A DNA stretch of 64,000 bases from a virus, in the IMG/VR virus record IMGVR_UViG_3300030117_003378, positions 9,802 through 73,801 of that record. One strand, given 5' to 3'. Positions 10,009 through 19,247 of this stretch are shown piece after piece (within the stretch, counting starts at the first letter, position 1; each line of letters opens with the position of its first letter). A program made the position numbers and the translations under genes. Below the pieces are notes generated by a model that worked only from the letters and a program-made list of their open reading frames with translations, ran no database searches and was not told the origin of the DNA.

Positions 10009-11927
10009 TACAATACCTCCATAATACTCAAAAATGTTTGGTTAACACCTACATTATCACCAATAAGATTTTTACCTGAACCTCCATTGTGATAACAAAA
10101 TAACTGAAGATAATCACCTGCGGATAATTGTAACAAAAGAGTCCCATTAGAAATCCATGATGAGTCTTTACCATAGTTTCCTCGATAAAGACCTGTTGTG
10201 TCTCCATTTTTTTGTAATTGGACAATTACTGAATGAGAAGAAGTTACATATCTGACTGTTGCGCCCATCGCCACAAGATACACACCGTCGCGTGGGACTA
10301 CCCATTTACGATTTGTATTATCCCATGCGCTTGCAGTATCAAAAGCGACAGTATCAAGTGGACATAAAGTGTAAGCCGCACTTGTAGCAAAGTTTGTTAC
10401 ACTTGTTCCGAGAGAGATATGTGCAACATGGGGCGAAGTAACAACAAAATCCATATTGCCGTTAGCATCGTCGTAAGTCACCGTTATGCCCGTTTTTGTA
10501 CCTCCGGTCGCCACCAAAGCCCCTGCGTAGTCCTCAACCTGTTCTTGAGAAAGTTGTGTGTTTGTATCGGCAGAAGAAATTGTAACAACACCACCGGCCT
10601 CTGCTAAAGTAATGTTTGTACCTTTTTTCAGCATTAGAGTTTCGCTTGAGCCCAATGTGTTGTCGGCACTTCCGTCGCCATCTGTATCAACTGTTACCGT
10701 TCTTACCGAGCCGCCACCACCGGATGCCGCAGCCCACTCAATATCGTTACCACCACTGTTGACGGTAAGAACCTGATTCGCAGAACCTAAAGCAAGAGTT
10801 GACATTGAAACGTTACCGTTGCCGATAAGCAAAGACTTAGACACTACATTATTCAACCCTGTTCCACCTTGAGACACGGGGAGGGTGCCTTTGGCATCAA
10901 GAGAGCGATAAATACCATCTGCGACCTGTTTGAAGTTCCAAGAGCCATTTATTTTTGGGCGGTTCAGCAAGTGTATTTCAGAGCCGGGGTTTGCGTTCGG
11001 ACCGTATAATCTTCCACCGCTGGCTATTTCCAACTTGTCGCATTCAAGAACGGCACCTGAAGTAATCGCGCAATAATGGCTAGCCGTTGTTGCTCCCGGT
11101 TCAATGACGACTGACCTGTAAGATGCAGTAAATGAGGTTCCGTAACCGGCCCCCGTAACAGGTAGATTAAACGGACCCGCACTACCGTAGAAATGTACGG
11201 TGGATTTACCCCAATCGTGTAGAGCAGTAGAGGAAGAGGCAAATGTACCGTTAATTTTGAATATGGCTGAATAGTCAGCCTCGACTGTTACAACACCGCT
11301 AGGAGTCAAACTAACATTGTTGCTAGATATGTTGAGGTTTAGCATTTCTACACCCCTGTCTATGTTAGCATTTTGTAATGTCGTGTTAAATGCGGGCGAC
11401 CATTTCTGTCCCGATGAGCCAGCAGTAACATCTACATTTGGGTACGTTCCTGAAGGCAAAACCATTCTACCCGAAGCATCAGAGCCAATCACTGTAAACT
11501 TAAATGTTGTCCTTGAACGAGATGTAGAGTCGTCGAATATACCATTGTCCAACAGAGACAAGGATTCAGTAACGGAATCTGTTGACCCGGCAAATTTTAC
11601 AAAACTGTTGGAGTAATCGTAAGCGCTATCTGAAAAGTTAAACACCAATGTTCCCGAGACAGTCAAAAAATTGCCGCGCTCAAATAGGGCACTTTTCAAA
11701 TTGATTGTACCTGCGGAAATAGTAACAGAAGCATTTCCTCCTTTGAAATCTTCCATGACTCTAATATCATCGACAGTGCCATTTGTTGCTGGATTCCAAA
11801 CACAAGGGTTTCCCGGCTCTCCCATAAAAACTACTGTGTCACCGGAACCGGGAACTGCACCCGTGTCCCAATTCGCGGCGGTGTTGTATGCGTTAGATGC
11901 CACGCCAAGCCAAACTGTAACTGCCAT
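10008..11927 (-). CDS. Fibre/receptor-binding-type virion protein with a C-terminal C1q/TNF-like domain
   Basis: 639 aa, Gly/Ser/Thr-rich; TLPVSQGGTG fibre motif; C-terminal WVVPRDGVYLV...LLQLSAGDYLQL typical of C1q-like heads. Confidence 0.7.
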   Translation of the reverse strand: MAVTVWLGVASNAYNTAANWDTGAVPGSGDTVVFMGEPGNPCVWNPATNGTVDDIRVMEDFKGGNASVTISAGTINLKSALFERGNFLTVSGTLVFNFSDSAYDYSNSFVKFAGSTDSVTESLSLLDNGIFDDSTSRSRTTFKFTVIGSDASGRMVLPSGTYPNVDVTAGSSGQKWSPAFNTTLQNANIDRGVEMLNLNISSNNVSLTPSGVVTVEADYSAIFKINGTFASSSTALHDWGKSTVHFYGSAGPFNLPVTGAGYGTSFTASYRSVVIEPGATTASHYCAITSGAVLECDKLEIASGGRLYGPNANPGSEIHLLNRPKINGSWNFKQVADGIYRSLDAKGTLPVSQGGTGLNNVVSKSLLIGNGNVSMSTLALGSANQVLTVNSGGNDIEWAAASGGGGSVRTVTVDTDGDGSADNTLGSSETLMLKKGTNITLAEAGGVVTISSADTNTQLSQEQVEDYAGALVATGGTKTGITVTYDDANGNMDFVVTSPHVAHISLGTSVTNFATSAAYTLCPLDTVAFDTASAWDNTNRKWVVPRDGVYLVAMGATVRYVTSSHSVIVQLQKNGDTTGLYRGNYGKDSSWISNGTLLLQLSAGDYLQLFCYHNGGSGKNLIGDNVGVNQTFLSIMEVL

Positions 11928-11945
11928 GCTTTCCTCTCACTATCA

Positions 11946-12410
11946 CTAATCACTCAACACACCTGACAAATCATCAGACGAGTCGTGTGTTGTCGTAATG
12001 ATAGTTTTGGAAGAAGGTGTCGCGCCTGTCTCAAGTCGCGTGTCTGTTTTGCCCGAATAGAATGCACTGCCTCCTTTCTCTTCGATAGTTCGCAGTGCCT
12101 CCAACGCTTGCTTTTCAAAAGATTTAAGTTGTTGGTTGTAACGAATATCCTGTGTACCTTGTTCCTTTTCAGGAACCCATGCTGGAACGGTGTCAATCAA
12201 GACACGCAAGCAGTCGCAGCATACTAGGAGTTTGACAGCACTTTCTTTGAGAGCGGTAGTAGGTGCGTTATCAACTACACCAAAGTTAGCGCCACGCGCT
12301 TTCTTGGTAACTTCTGCGTCACGGATTGTAATGTATTCGTTGATTGTACCGTCGTTTAGTCCACGCGGTCTATTCAACAAATCACGAATCTGCGCTACCG
12401 TCACTGCCAT
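11946..12410 (-). CDS. Head-tail connector-like protein
   Basis: Likely start MAVTVAQIRDLL at 12410; helical connector pattern; downstream of capsid genes. Confidence 0.55.
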   Translation of the reverse strand: MAVTVAQIRDLLNRPRGLNDGTINEYITIRDAEVTKKARGANFGVVDNAPTTALKESAVKLLVCCDCLRVLIDTVPAWVPEKEQGTQDIRYNQQLKSFEKQALEALRTIEEKGGSAFYSGKTDTRLETGATPSSKTIITTTHDSSDDLSGVLSD

Positions 12411-12738
12411 TGTTCCAAGCCTCCGGGTAATCCTTTGGTATTTCAAGATGAGTAGTGTCGGATAAGGGTTGTGGCTCTCTACCCAAAACAAACACAAGTT
12501 TGCTTTCGATAATATGCTGTGCGAAGGTACTATTGGCTACCCAATAAGTAGTGTTTGGCTCCATCAAAACAACGGGATTCCAAGGTTTGCGAGAAGCAGG
12601 GCGTGCAAGTCTAAGTAAAAACCCATCACCGGGCAAGTAAACGTCAAGCCTGTGTTGTAATTCTTCAACAGTGGCACCCTTTGGAACGGGAATGCCGCGT
12701 GCTTTCAGTTCTTTAACCAATGCTGCCTTTGATGCCAT
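12382..12738 (-). CDS. HeH/SAP-like domain protein
   Basis: N-terminal KAALVKELKARGIPVPKGATVEELQHRL. Confidence 0.55.
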   Translation of the reverse strand: MASKAALVKELKARGIPVPKGATVEELQHRLDVYLPGDGFLLRLARPASRKPWNPVVLMEPNTTYWVANSTFAQHIIESKLVFVLGREPQPLSDTTHLEIPKDYPEAWNNGSDGSADS

Positions 12739-12742
12739 CTAC

Positions 12743-12901
12743 TCACTCTTTCTTCGCTTTACTCTTCTTCGCTTTACTCTTCTTAGCAGGTTTTGCGCTT
12801 CCAACGCAGACCCAATGCTTACCATCAATTTCAACGGTAATACCTGATGGCTCACTAGCCATCTGATACAGTTTGCCTTCGTGTTCCATTTCTTCAGTCA
12901 C
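12743..12901 (-). CDS. Small Lys-rich protein (52 aa)
   Basis: GTG start after GAGGTG; ends PAKKSKAKKSKAKKE, encoded by a 15-bp tandem duplication at 12751-12780. Confidence 0.6.
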   Translation of the reverse strand: MTEEMEHEGKLYQMASEPSGITVEIDGKHWVCVGSAKPAKKSKAKKSKAKKE

Positions 12902-12911
12902 TTAGACCACC

Positions 12912-13370
12912 TCAAGCAGCCTTGTAACCTTGGACAATGACAATCATTGGCTCCAAATCCGAGCCGGAGTTGTCGGAGGTAGTAACTCGTAGTGTGCCAC
13001 CTGCCGCGATTGTAACGTTTGCGGTTGTTAGGTTGGCTGCGCGAACAATGTCACCTGCGCTACCTGATACATCAAGAGCGGCGGTAATGTGGTTGCTACC
13101 TGTTCCGTTGGTTACACGGACTGTATCGCTTGACGCACCTGCACCTGCCATGATAACATGAACATCTGTAACGGTCATTTTTTCTTGAATCTCGGTATCA
13201 AGGTTTGCGCTTGCACCTGCGGCAGTTACAATCTCAAGCATAATGGGGATGTATTGCACACCACTTGTGGTAACTGCTGTGCGAGGCTTGATAGCCGCCT
13301 CAAGCAACAGCGAATCGTCTTTGAGGTATTTGTCCTCAACAAAGTCTTGGAATTTTCGGTTTTGTGCCAT
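12912..13370 (-). CDS. Putative minor capsid/decoration protein
   Basis: Beta-rich, Ala/Thr/Gly-rich; directly downstream of the MCP. Confidence 0.5.
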   Translation of the reverse strand: MAQNRKFQDFVEDKYLKDDSLLLEAAIKPRTAVTTSGVQYIPIMLEIVTAAGASANLDTEIQEKMTVTDVHVIMAGAGASSDTVRVTNGTGSNHITAALDVSGSAGDIVRAANLTTANVTIAAGGTLRVTTSDNSGSDLEPMIVIVQGYKAA

Positions 13371-13409
13371 GATTGTCACTCTCCTATATTTTTACCTCGG
13401 AGAACAACC

Positions 13410-14330
13410 TCACGAACGGACACCGGTAATCTTCACAATTCGGTTGTTTTTGCCACTTGCTGCACCATCTTGGTGTTCGTGGATAACAGTTCCCATGTAT
13501 GAAGTGAGTAACCAATCGAATCCAACACCGGGTAGTCGTGTCAATTCAGTCTCTTGGAATCCTTCTCCGTTGTATTGGAAGAACTCTGCGGTTTCTGCAC
13601 CGGGGATTAGCAATAGTGCATCGTTACCTAGTGCGCTGCTGGTTCCGTAGTCACGGGAGTAGTAGATTCGCAAGTTTGCGATTCGACCCATGTGGTCTGC
13701 GAGTGACTCAACAACGTTTCCGAAGAGTTGTGTGTTGAGCATAGCACTGCGCTTGTCAGCAGGTAGAACAAGAGCCATTGGCTCGTCACCGCTAACACGG
13801 GCGTTTGCGAAAATCAAGTCCATAGCAGCCAAGAGGTCTGCTTCTTCGTCAGCAGTTGCGCTACCGAATACTGCGGTTGCTGCTTGTGTCTGACCTGCAC
13901 CTGCGACCAACGTGGTTAGAATGTGGTTGTCAATCTTGTCTGCGCGAGCGCGGATAATTCCGAGTTGCTGGCGGTCGATGTTTTCAAAGGACTCGCCTCG
14001 TAGTCGAACAGCGTCTAGGAAGACACAGCGGCCTTGTCCCTTCTCCAACTTAACGGAGTAGTTTGCAGTTCCGACCTTGGTTGGGTCAGTGACAGCAACA
14101 TCGTCTAGTGGGTAACTGAAAGTACCGTTGACTCCGGTGTACCACTTGAATTCAAGCCATCCGACTGTGCGGTTTCCAACAAGGTCTGTACCGATAGCGA
14201 TGGTAGTGGACTGAAGTTGGATAAAGTCACGAAGGGTCTGCTCAAGAACAGCGTCGCCGACCGAGAATGGCCCTGCTGCTGCCTCGACGTTCAAAATTTG
14301 CTCTAGTGAATCATTTGCCATATTTTTCAT
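13410..14330 (-). CDS. Major capsid protein (HK97 fold inferred)
   Basis: 306 aa after protease/scaffold and cement genes; AAGGAG RBS; size and order match the HK97-type head module. Confidence 0.8.
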   Translation of the reverse strand: MKNMANDSLEQILNVEAAAGPFSVGDAVLEQTLRDFIQLQSTTIAIGTDLVGNRTVGWLEFKWYTGVNGTFSYPLDDVAVTDPTKVGTANYSVKLEKGQGRCVFLDAVRLRGESFENIDRQQLGIIRARADKIDNHILTTLVAGAGQTQAATAVFGSATADEEADLLAAMDLIFANARVSGDEPMALVLPADKRSAMLNTQLFGNVVESLADHMGRIANLRIYYSRDYGTSSALGNDALLLIPGAETAEFFQYNGEGFQETELTRLPGVGFDWLLTSYMGTVIHEHQDGAASGKNNRIVKITGVRS

Positions 14331-14355
14331 CTCCTTTATTCATTTAGGTCTGCCC

Positions 14356-14772
14356 TCAAGCAGTTGCGGCCCCCGCCGTCATAACCGGAATCATATCTCC
14401 GGCTGTGGTGCTTGACGCACCTTCGCCGACATATACACCGAGAACCTTGCTTGTGTGGTCGTTGCTGTCAATTACTTGACCGCTTGCACCGACGTAAACC
14501 AAAAGTCCGGTTGTGTAAGTTTGTGATGCCTCGGACTGAACCATTAGGACACCGCCCAATGGGTAGTAAGCGACTGTTGCACCTGAAGTTTCAAGTGTTC
14601 CGTCTGCATCGCGTGAGGACTCTGCTGCACTGATACCAATGCAAATTTCTCCATCTGCACATAGGTCAAGTGTGTTGTTTGTTGAGTCATTCACCAAACA
14701 CAAACCCGGACCGCTAACGGTTGTGCTTGCCTTTAGTGTTGCATTTCGTGGGTCTGCTCCTTCTCCATACAT
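14356..14772 (-). CDS. Capsid cement/decoration protein
   Basis: 138 aa small-residue-rich protein between scaffold and MCP (GLLVYVGASGQV, KVLGVYV). Confidence 0.65.
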   Translation of the reverse strand: MYGEGADPRNATLKASTTVSGPGLCLVNDSTNNTLDLCADGEICIGISAAESSRDADGTLETSGATVAYYPLGGVLMVQSEASQTYTTGLLVYVGASGQVIDSNDHTSKVLGVYVGEGASSTTAGDMIPVMTAGAATA

Positions 14773-14773
14773 C

Positions 14774-15277
14774 TTAGTTCATCTCCTTTAGTTCATTGTA
14801 AGTTTTTGCGCGCATCTTGACATCGTTGCGCTCGTCGATTGTGAGTGTTTGGTTCCAAGCCTTTGCCCATGCGTTGTATGCCTTTGAGTAAAGACTCTCG
14901 GGGGTTTCGACCATCTTGCCGTTGAGGTAGTTTGCTACAACCGCTTCGGATTGTGGCTCGCTTGCTACAACGGGTTCTGATGGACTCTCAGTTGAAGCGA
15001 CCACAGGGGCCATATCAACGGGTTCCGGTGCTGGGTTTGCTTCTTCCCATGATGCAATTAGATTCTCGACAACCTCAGTGGACAAATCTTCGTGTCCTCT
15101 AAGTCCGATTTCAGTTGCTCGCTGAACAACCTCTTGACGTGAAGCCTCCATTCGTGCTTCCTCGCTTGCCTTAAATGAATCAATCTCCGCATTCTTCAAG
15201 ACCATTTCAGCCTTTAGGGATTCGATTTCTGAAAGCAGTTCTTGCTGCTCATCCATATTTTTCTGTTCTTCTGCCAT
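14774..15277 (-). CDS. Nested in-frame scaffolding protein (167 aa)
   Basis: In-frame ATG (MAEEQKNMD) with GAGG RBS and an upstream promoter-like motif at 15321-15334. Confidence 0.6.
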   Translation of the reverse strand: MAEEQKNMDEQQELLSEIESLKAEMVLKNAEIDSFKASEEARMEASRQEVVQRATEIGLRGHEDLSTEVVENLIASWEEANPAPEPVDMAPVVASTESPSEPVVASEPQSEAVVANYLNGKMVETPESLYSKAYNAWAKAWNQTLTIDERNDVKMRAKTYNELKEMN

Positions 15278-17233
15278 GACGATTGCCTCGCTTTGCTGAA
15301 CCGACGAAGAATAAGAGTGACTTATCAACGTTTGCTCACTCTTGTCAAAGTCACTTTGCGTTGCGGCTACTTTTTCGGCGGTTTCGATATTTGCACGTTC
15401 ATACGCCGGTCGATGCACAATAGCAAGATGGTCGAATTTGAAATCGTGGTCGAACAACATACCATTTTCATCTGCGACGGTTGGAACGCCTGTTCCTCCG
15501 ATTGATACGCCGTAACCATCACGAAGCCACAATCCTGACTCAAGAGCCTCAAAGAGTTCGGGCCTATACACACGCGCAGTATAACGTACATTCCATTTGC
15601 CATTTCCTAAGTCCTGTATTTCTGCGGCTGTAATAACACCAACAACTGCTTCATTTACATCACCTGCCATGTTTCTACTAAATCCAAAATCATCAGGAGA
15701 AGGGTGATTTAGTGTAACGTCAGCACCAATCATTTGTGGTAGAATCATTTCTACTGCTTGGCGTGTTACTTCCCACTTGTTTCTATTCATGCCTTCGTGG
15801 AATGCTATGCCTGTAATCTCAATCATGGTTTTTCCGGTCGATGCTTCTACGATACTTTGTGTACTCTCTACACTTAGTTCCAAGTTGACACTAACAGGTT
15901 GACAGGAACCATTTATCCATTCTTCACCGATTGGGCAGATGCCATCATCTTCGGCTTCTAGGATTTCGTAATCATCTTCGCAACCACAACCACAGGAGTC
16001 AATAGATGCTTTTTTGCTTTTGCGTGGGTGTCCCTTTGGTAGAAGGTCGTTGTCTTGAGTGTATTTTGGGTTGGAAGGTTTACCGCTTCTGACTAACTTT
16101 AGGAAAGCATTTACACGGGCCATAGACCATGCTGCTCGCGATACACCGGGTCGGTGAGAAGTAGAGTAGGCACCAGCGCCACGACGATAGACTGCTTTGA
16201 GCATACCGAGCGTAACTTTTCTGTCGTGCTTTTCGTTGTGTTCTTTGACTTTGTTCTTGAGAGAATTAGTCACTGATTCTGAAAAGGTAACTTTGCCGCC
16301 GGGAGTAGCAGAGCCGGGTTTGTTTTTCTTTGAGCCCTTTCTTCGGTCCTTTGGTGGGGCAGGGGTGTCGGGGTCACTTGCAGTCATAGATTCCATACAG
16401 TGACCTGCTTGCATACAGTATTCTTTGTCGCCACATTGGGCGCACATGGAAAGTTCAGCCTCAACCTTGCTACCTCCGCGCCACTGTCGGCAAGACCAAT
16501 AGCGAGCCTTGTATTTTGGTCCGGGGTTGTCGCAGTTATGTCTGTCGCGGAAAGCCTTTCTTCTTTTTGGGTCATCCCGTTTGATTTCCATGTTAGGGTC
16601 GCCAAACCTAACAATAACGACGTTGCCATTTGGCCCCATCGTGTAAACGCCAAACTTTTTGTTAGCGCCGGGAGTTCTAAATGGTTTGTTTAGTGTGACC
16701 TTTCTACCTTGGTATTCTGCGGCAGTAACATCTTCTTCATCCCATTCTTCATAGGCAACAACTGCGCCTTTACATCCACAACCACAATCCTCCGAGGCAT
16801 ACTTTTTCTTTTTGTGTTCCTCATCATCATCGTGGTAGCCCTCTACTTCTACGTCACGACCTTGATTCTTACTCATGTATTCTTCGTGTGTTTTGCATGG
16901 CATAAATACTGTTCGCCCATCTTCGTCATGCTGGTGTATTTCATCGCACCCCATTTCTTTTGCGCGATTCATAGCCTCGCCGGGATTGTCGAAGACATCT
17001 CGCCTAATCATGCGTGCTTCAACAGGCTCGCCACTAGAACCACAGTCACAACCCATGTTGTCATCCGTGCTGTTTAATGATTTATCAACATTGGCCTTTG
17101 CCTTCTTTTCAAAGTAAGAATTGCACACTGCCGCCCTTTGTTGTGGGTTTCCGAACTCGCTGTTCATTTTTGAGTCACCCATACACCTATCCATAAAGTC
17201 ATCTCTCGACTCTCCTTTTTTTGGGTCAGGCAT
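14774..17233 (-). CDS. Multidomain prohead protease-scaffold polyprotein
   Basis: Protease core (ITGIAFHEGMNRN, LNHP, YGVSIGG, HLAIVHRPAY), C-terminal acidic coiled coil, and several small N-terminal accessory domains. Confidence 0.8.
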   Translation of the reverse strand: MPDPKKGESRDDFMDRCMGDSKMNSEFGNPQQRAAVCNSYFEKKAKANVDKSLNSTDDNMGCDCGSSGEPVEARMIRRDVFDNPGEAMNRAKEMGCDEIHQHDEDGRTVFMPCKTHEEYMSKNQGRDVEVEGYHDDDEEHKKKKYASEDCGCGCKGAVVAYEEWDEEDVTAAEYQGRKVTLNKPFRTPGANKKFGVYTMGPNGNVVIVRFGDPNMEIKRDDPKRRKAFRDRHNCDNPGPKYKARYWSCRQWRGGSKVEAELSMCAQCGDKEYCMQAGHCMESMTASDPDTPAPPKDRRKGSKKNKPGSATPGGKVTFSESVTNSLKNKVKEHNEKHDRKVTLGMLKAVYRRGAGAYSTSHRPGVSRAAWSMARVNAFLKLVRSGKPSNPKYTQDNDLLPKGHPRKSKKASIDSCGCGCEDDYEILEAEDDGICPIGEEWINGSCQPVSVNLELSVESTQSIVEASTGKTMIEITGIAFHEGMNRNKWEVTRQAVEMILPQMIGADVTLNHPSPDDFGFSRNMAGDVNEAVVGVITAAEIQDLGNGKWNVRYTARVYRPELFEALESGLWLRDGYGVSIGGTGVPTVADENGMLFDHDFKFDHLAIVHRPAYERANIETAEKVAATQSDFDKSEQTLISHSYSSSVQQSEAIVMAEEQKNMDEQQELLSEIESLKAEMVLKNAEIDSFKASEEARMEASRQEVVQRATEIGLRGHEDLSTEVVENLIASWEEANPAPEPVDMAPVVASTESPSEPVVASEPQSEAVVANYLNGKMVETPESLYSKAYNAWAKAWNQTLTIDERNDVKMRAKTYNELKEMN
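15321..15334 (-). promoter_or_regulatory. Putative internal late promoter CAAACGTTGATAAG
   Basis: Identical to 7185-7198; 44 nt upstream of the internal scaffold start. Confidence 0.6.
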
Positions 17234-17553
17234 TATTTGTTACCTCCCTTAAGTTTGACGCGCTTTAGGTCATCTTCAGTCTTTGAAATACGACGCATAG
17301 CCTCAACACGTTCCTCTTGCTCTGCATTCCACCTGTCAAAGAATCGAGAGATAGCCATGTACGATGGGCCGCTCAAAATACCAAGAACCGCGATGTAAGA
17401 TTCAATATCTTCTCTTACTTGCGGATTTACGAACGCTTGGTTGATAAGTTGATACGATAGAATAAAGAAGATAAAAACCATTGGTAGCGACACCACGGCT
17501 ACGAAAATATCGTTTAGCGTAACTCGTATTTCCCATGCGCCATTGTCTTTCAT
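17233..17553 (-). CDS. Two-TM membrane protein
   Basis: Hydrophobic IFVAVVSLPMVFIFFILSY and YIAVLGILSG segments. Confidence 0.65.
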   Translation of the reverse strand: MKDNGAWEIRVTLNDIFVAVVSLPMVFIFFILSYQLINQAFVNPQVREDIESYIAVLGILSGPSYMAISRFFDRWNAEQEERVEAMRRISKTEDDLKRVKLKGGNK

Positions 17554-17557
17554 CTAA

Positions 17558-17977
17558 TCACCTATACACAAACATTGGAAGTGCGGATAGCACCTCATAG
17601 ACTTCACGCGCCATAATATCAGACACCTCATCGTAAGTATCGACCGCAACGCCGCCTTGCTTTGCCACCTGTTGTTCTAATATTTCAAGGGTCGTATCTT
17701 CAATTGGATTTGCGAGCGTGATTTTGGGTTTGTCGTGCAAGTATTCGTTGCGCTCGGATAACAAACGGCTATACAGACCATGCCCTCTATGCGCGGGTGT
17801 AATGTAAGTGTTGCCCACGAAATAGAAATCGCCCATATCGGAAAACGATGTGTAGCCGACCATGTGGGGGTAGCAACAGCCAATTAAATATGTGATTGGT
17901 TCAATGATAGAAGGGTAGCCCTTTTGTGAAGGTGTGGATTCATCAATCCAATTTTTTTTGGAGGCAAATGTAATCAT
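17558..17977 (-). CDS. GNAT-family acetyltransferase
   Basis: Motif A YITPAHRGHGLYSRL. Confidence 0.65.
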   Translation of the reverse strand: MITFASKKNWIDESTPSQKGYPSIIEPITYLIGCCYPHMVGYTSFSDMGDFYFVGNTYITPAHRGHGLYSRLLSERNEYLHDKPKITLANPIEDTTLEILEQQVAKQGGVAVDTYDEVSDIMAREVYEVLSALPMFVYR

Positions 17978-18119
17978 TTCAAATCCTCCGGTCCGTAGTG
18001 CGGTGCGTCAGGGCAATAATGAGGGTCATAAGGAAGAGGGTTCAATAGCATATCAGAAATAGTGTGAAGCATCAATAGCCCAAAACATAGACCACCAATA
18101 ACCCAACACGCGATGTCCA

Positions 18120-19247
18120 TTATTCATCCCTTGCCTTCATTTCTACATCAAGCCATTTGTCTTCCTTAATCATTTGCCCTTCTTCGTTAATCAAGTAAGC
18201 ATAAATATCGTATGACCCATTTTCAAAATTACTTAGGAACACAGTTCGACTGTCCCAATCTTGGTAGGTTGTGTTGTAAGTATCAGTGGTGTAGTTGTAA
18301 GGTGCTTCTCCGTGACCGCTACCGTTGACGTATGCTAGGAATTGGATTGTGACTTCCTGTTCCTCGTCACACGAAATATCCACGTCATAAGTAAATTGTA
18401 ATCCTGTTGTATTGTTATCGGTATAGCCCACATAGTAGTCGTAGTATTCCGGTTCACAATCCGGTTCAGGTTCAGGTTCAGGCTCGGGTTCAGGTTCGTC
18501 GTTCTGTAAGATAATAGCGGGGAATGTTTCATCATCCATCAGTTCTCCTTCGGGGTAGTACGCACGGATTCGCACAACCCATTCACCATCTTCTAAGTCA
18601 CTCCAATACTCTTCAACGTGTCCTGTATCACCGGGGTACTCTTCGGTATGTCGGTCGTATTCAGGTCTTTGTTCACCATCATGTTGTACTGCCCACCATA
18701 ATCCGATGTCGTCTTCAAAGTGACCTTCAACGACTAGATACATCTCCATCTTCATATCACCATCAGGCGTAAGGGATGACTCTATCTGTGTAATATCTAC
18801 GCTCGGTTCAACGTGGTGCGGATAGTCACAAGACCCATCATCCACCTCTGCCGTTTCATCGTAGTTTAGTGCGTTGTAATCTGTGCATCCCAAACGAGGT
18901 ATATGTGGATAGTGGGGGTCATTATTATCTTGCCAAAACCATTCGTCGTCGTCACCATCACCTGCGGGTGTAACGTCGATAACACCACCGAGTTCCAAAC
19001 CGCTACCTGCAATAAGAACAAGGATTGGGATAATAGCAGTCAGGAGTTTCTGTAACTTCTGTGCGGTTTCTGTGGCCCGTTCGATAACGTCTTGAGTTTC
19101 ACCGTTGGACTCAATAAGTCGTTCCGTGGAGCCAAGAAGGTGACTGTTGTTTAGCAGACCATCGTCCGCAAGGTCTTTGGCGATGTCTTCGTGACTACGA
19201 CCGGACGCCAAAGCACGTTTGATTGCTTCCTCATTACCATCACTCAT
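18120..19247 (-). CDS. Membrane-anchored acidic surface protein with a GCTD repeat and EP linker
   Basis: One TM (LLTAIIPILVLIAG), GCTDYNALNYDETAEVDDGSC repeat, (EP)n linker, Ig-like beta domains; likely start 19247. Confidence 0.7.
   Translation of the reverse strand: MSDGNEEAIKRALASGRSHEDIAKDLADDGLLNNSHLLGSTERLIESNGETQDVIERATETAQKLQKLLTAIIPILVLIAGSGLELGGVIDVTPAGDGDDDEWFWQDNNDPHYPHIPRLGCTDYNALNYDETAEVDDGSCDYPHHVEPSVDITQIESSLTPDGDMKMEMYLVVEGHFEDDIGLWWAVQHDGEQRPEYDRHTEEYPGDTGHVEEYWSDLEDGEWVVRIRAYYPEGELMDDETFPAIILQNDEPEPEPEPEPEPDCEPEYYDYYVGYTDNNTTGLQFTYDVDISCDEEQEVTIQFLAYVNGSGHGEAPYNYTTDTYNTTYQDWDSRTVFLSNFENGSYDIYAYLINEEGQMIKEDKWLDVEMKARDE

Noticed and set aside
18462-18497. GGTTCA hexamer tandem repeat
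   Set aside because: Simply encodes the (EP)n linker of the surface protein
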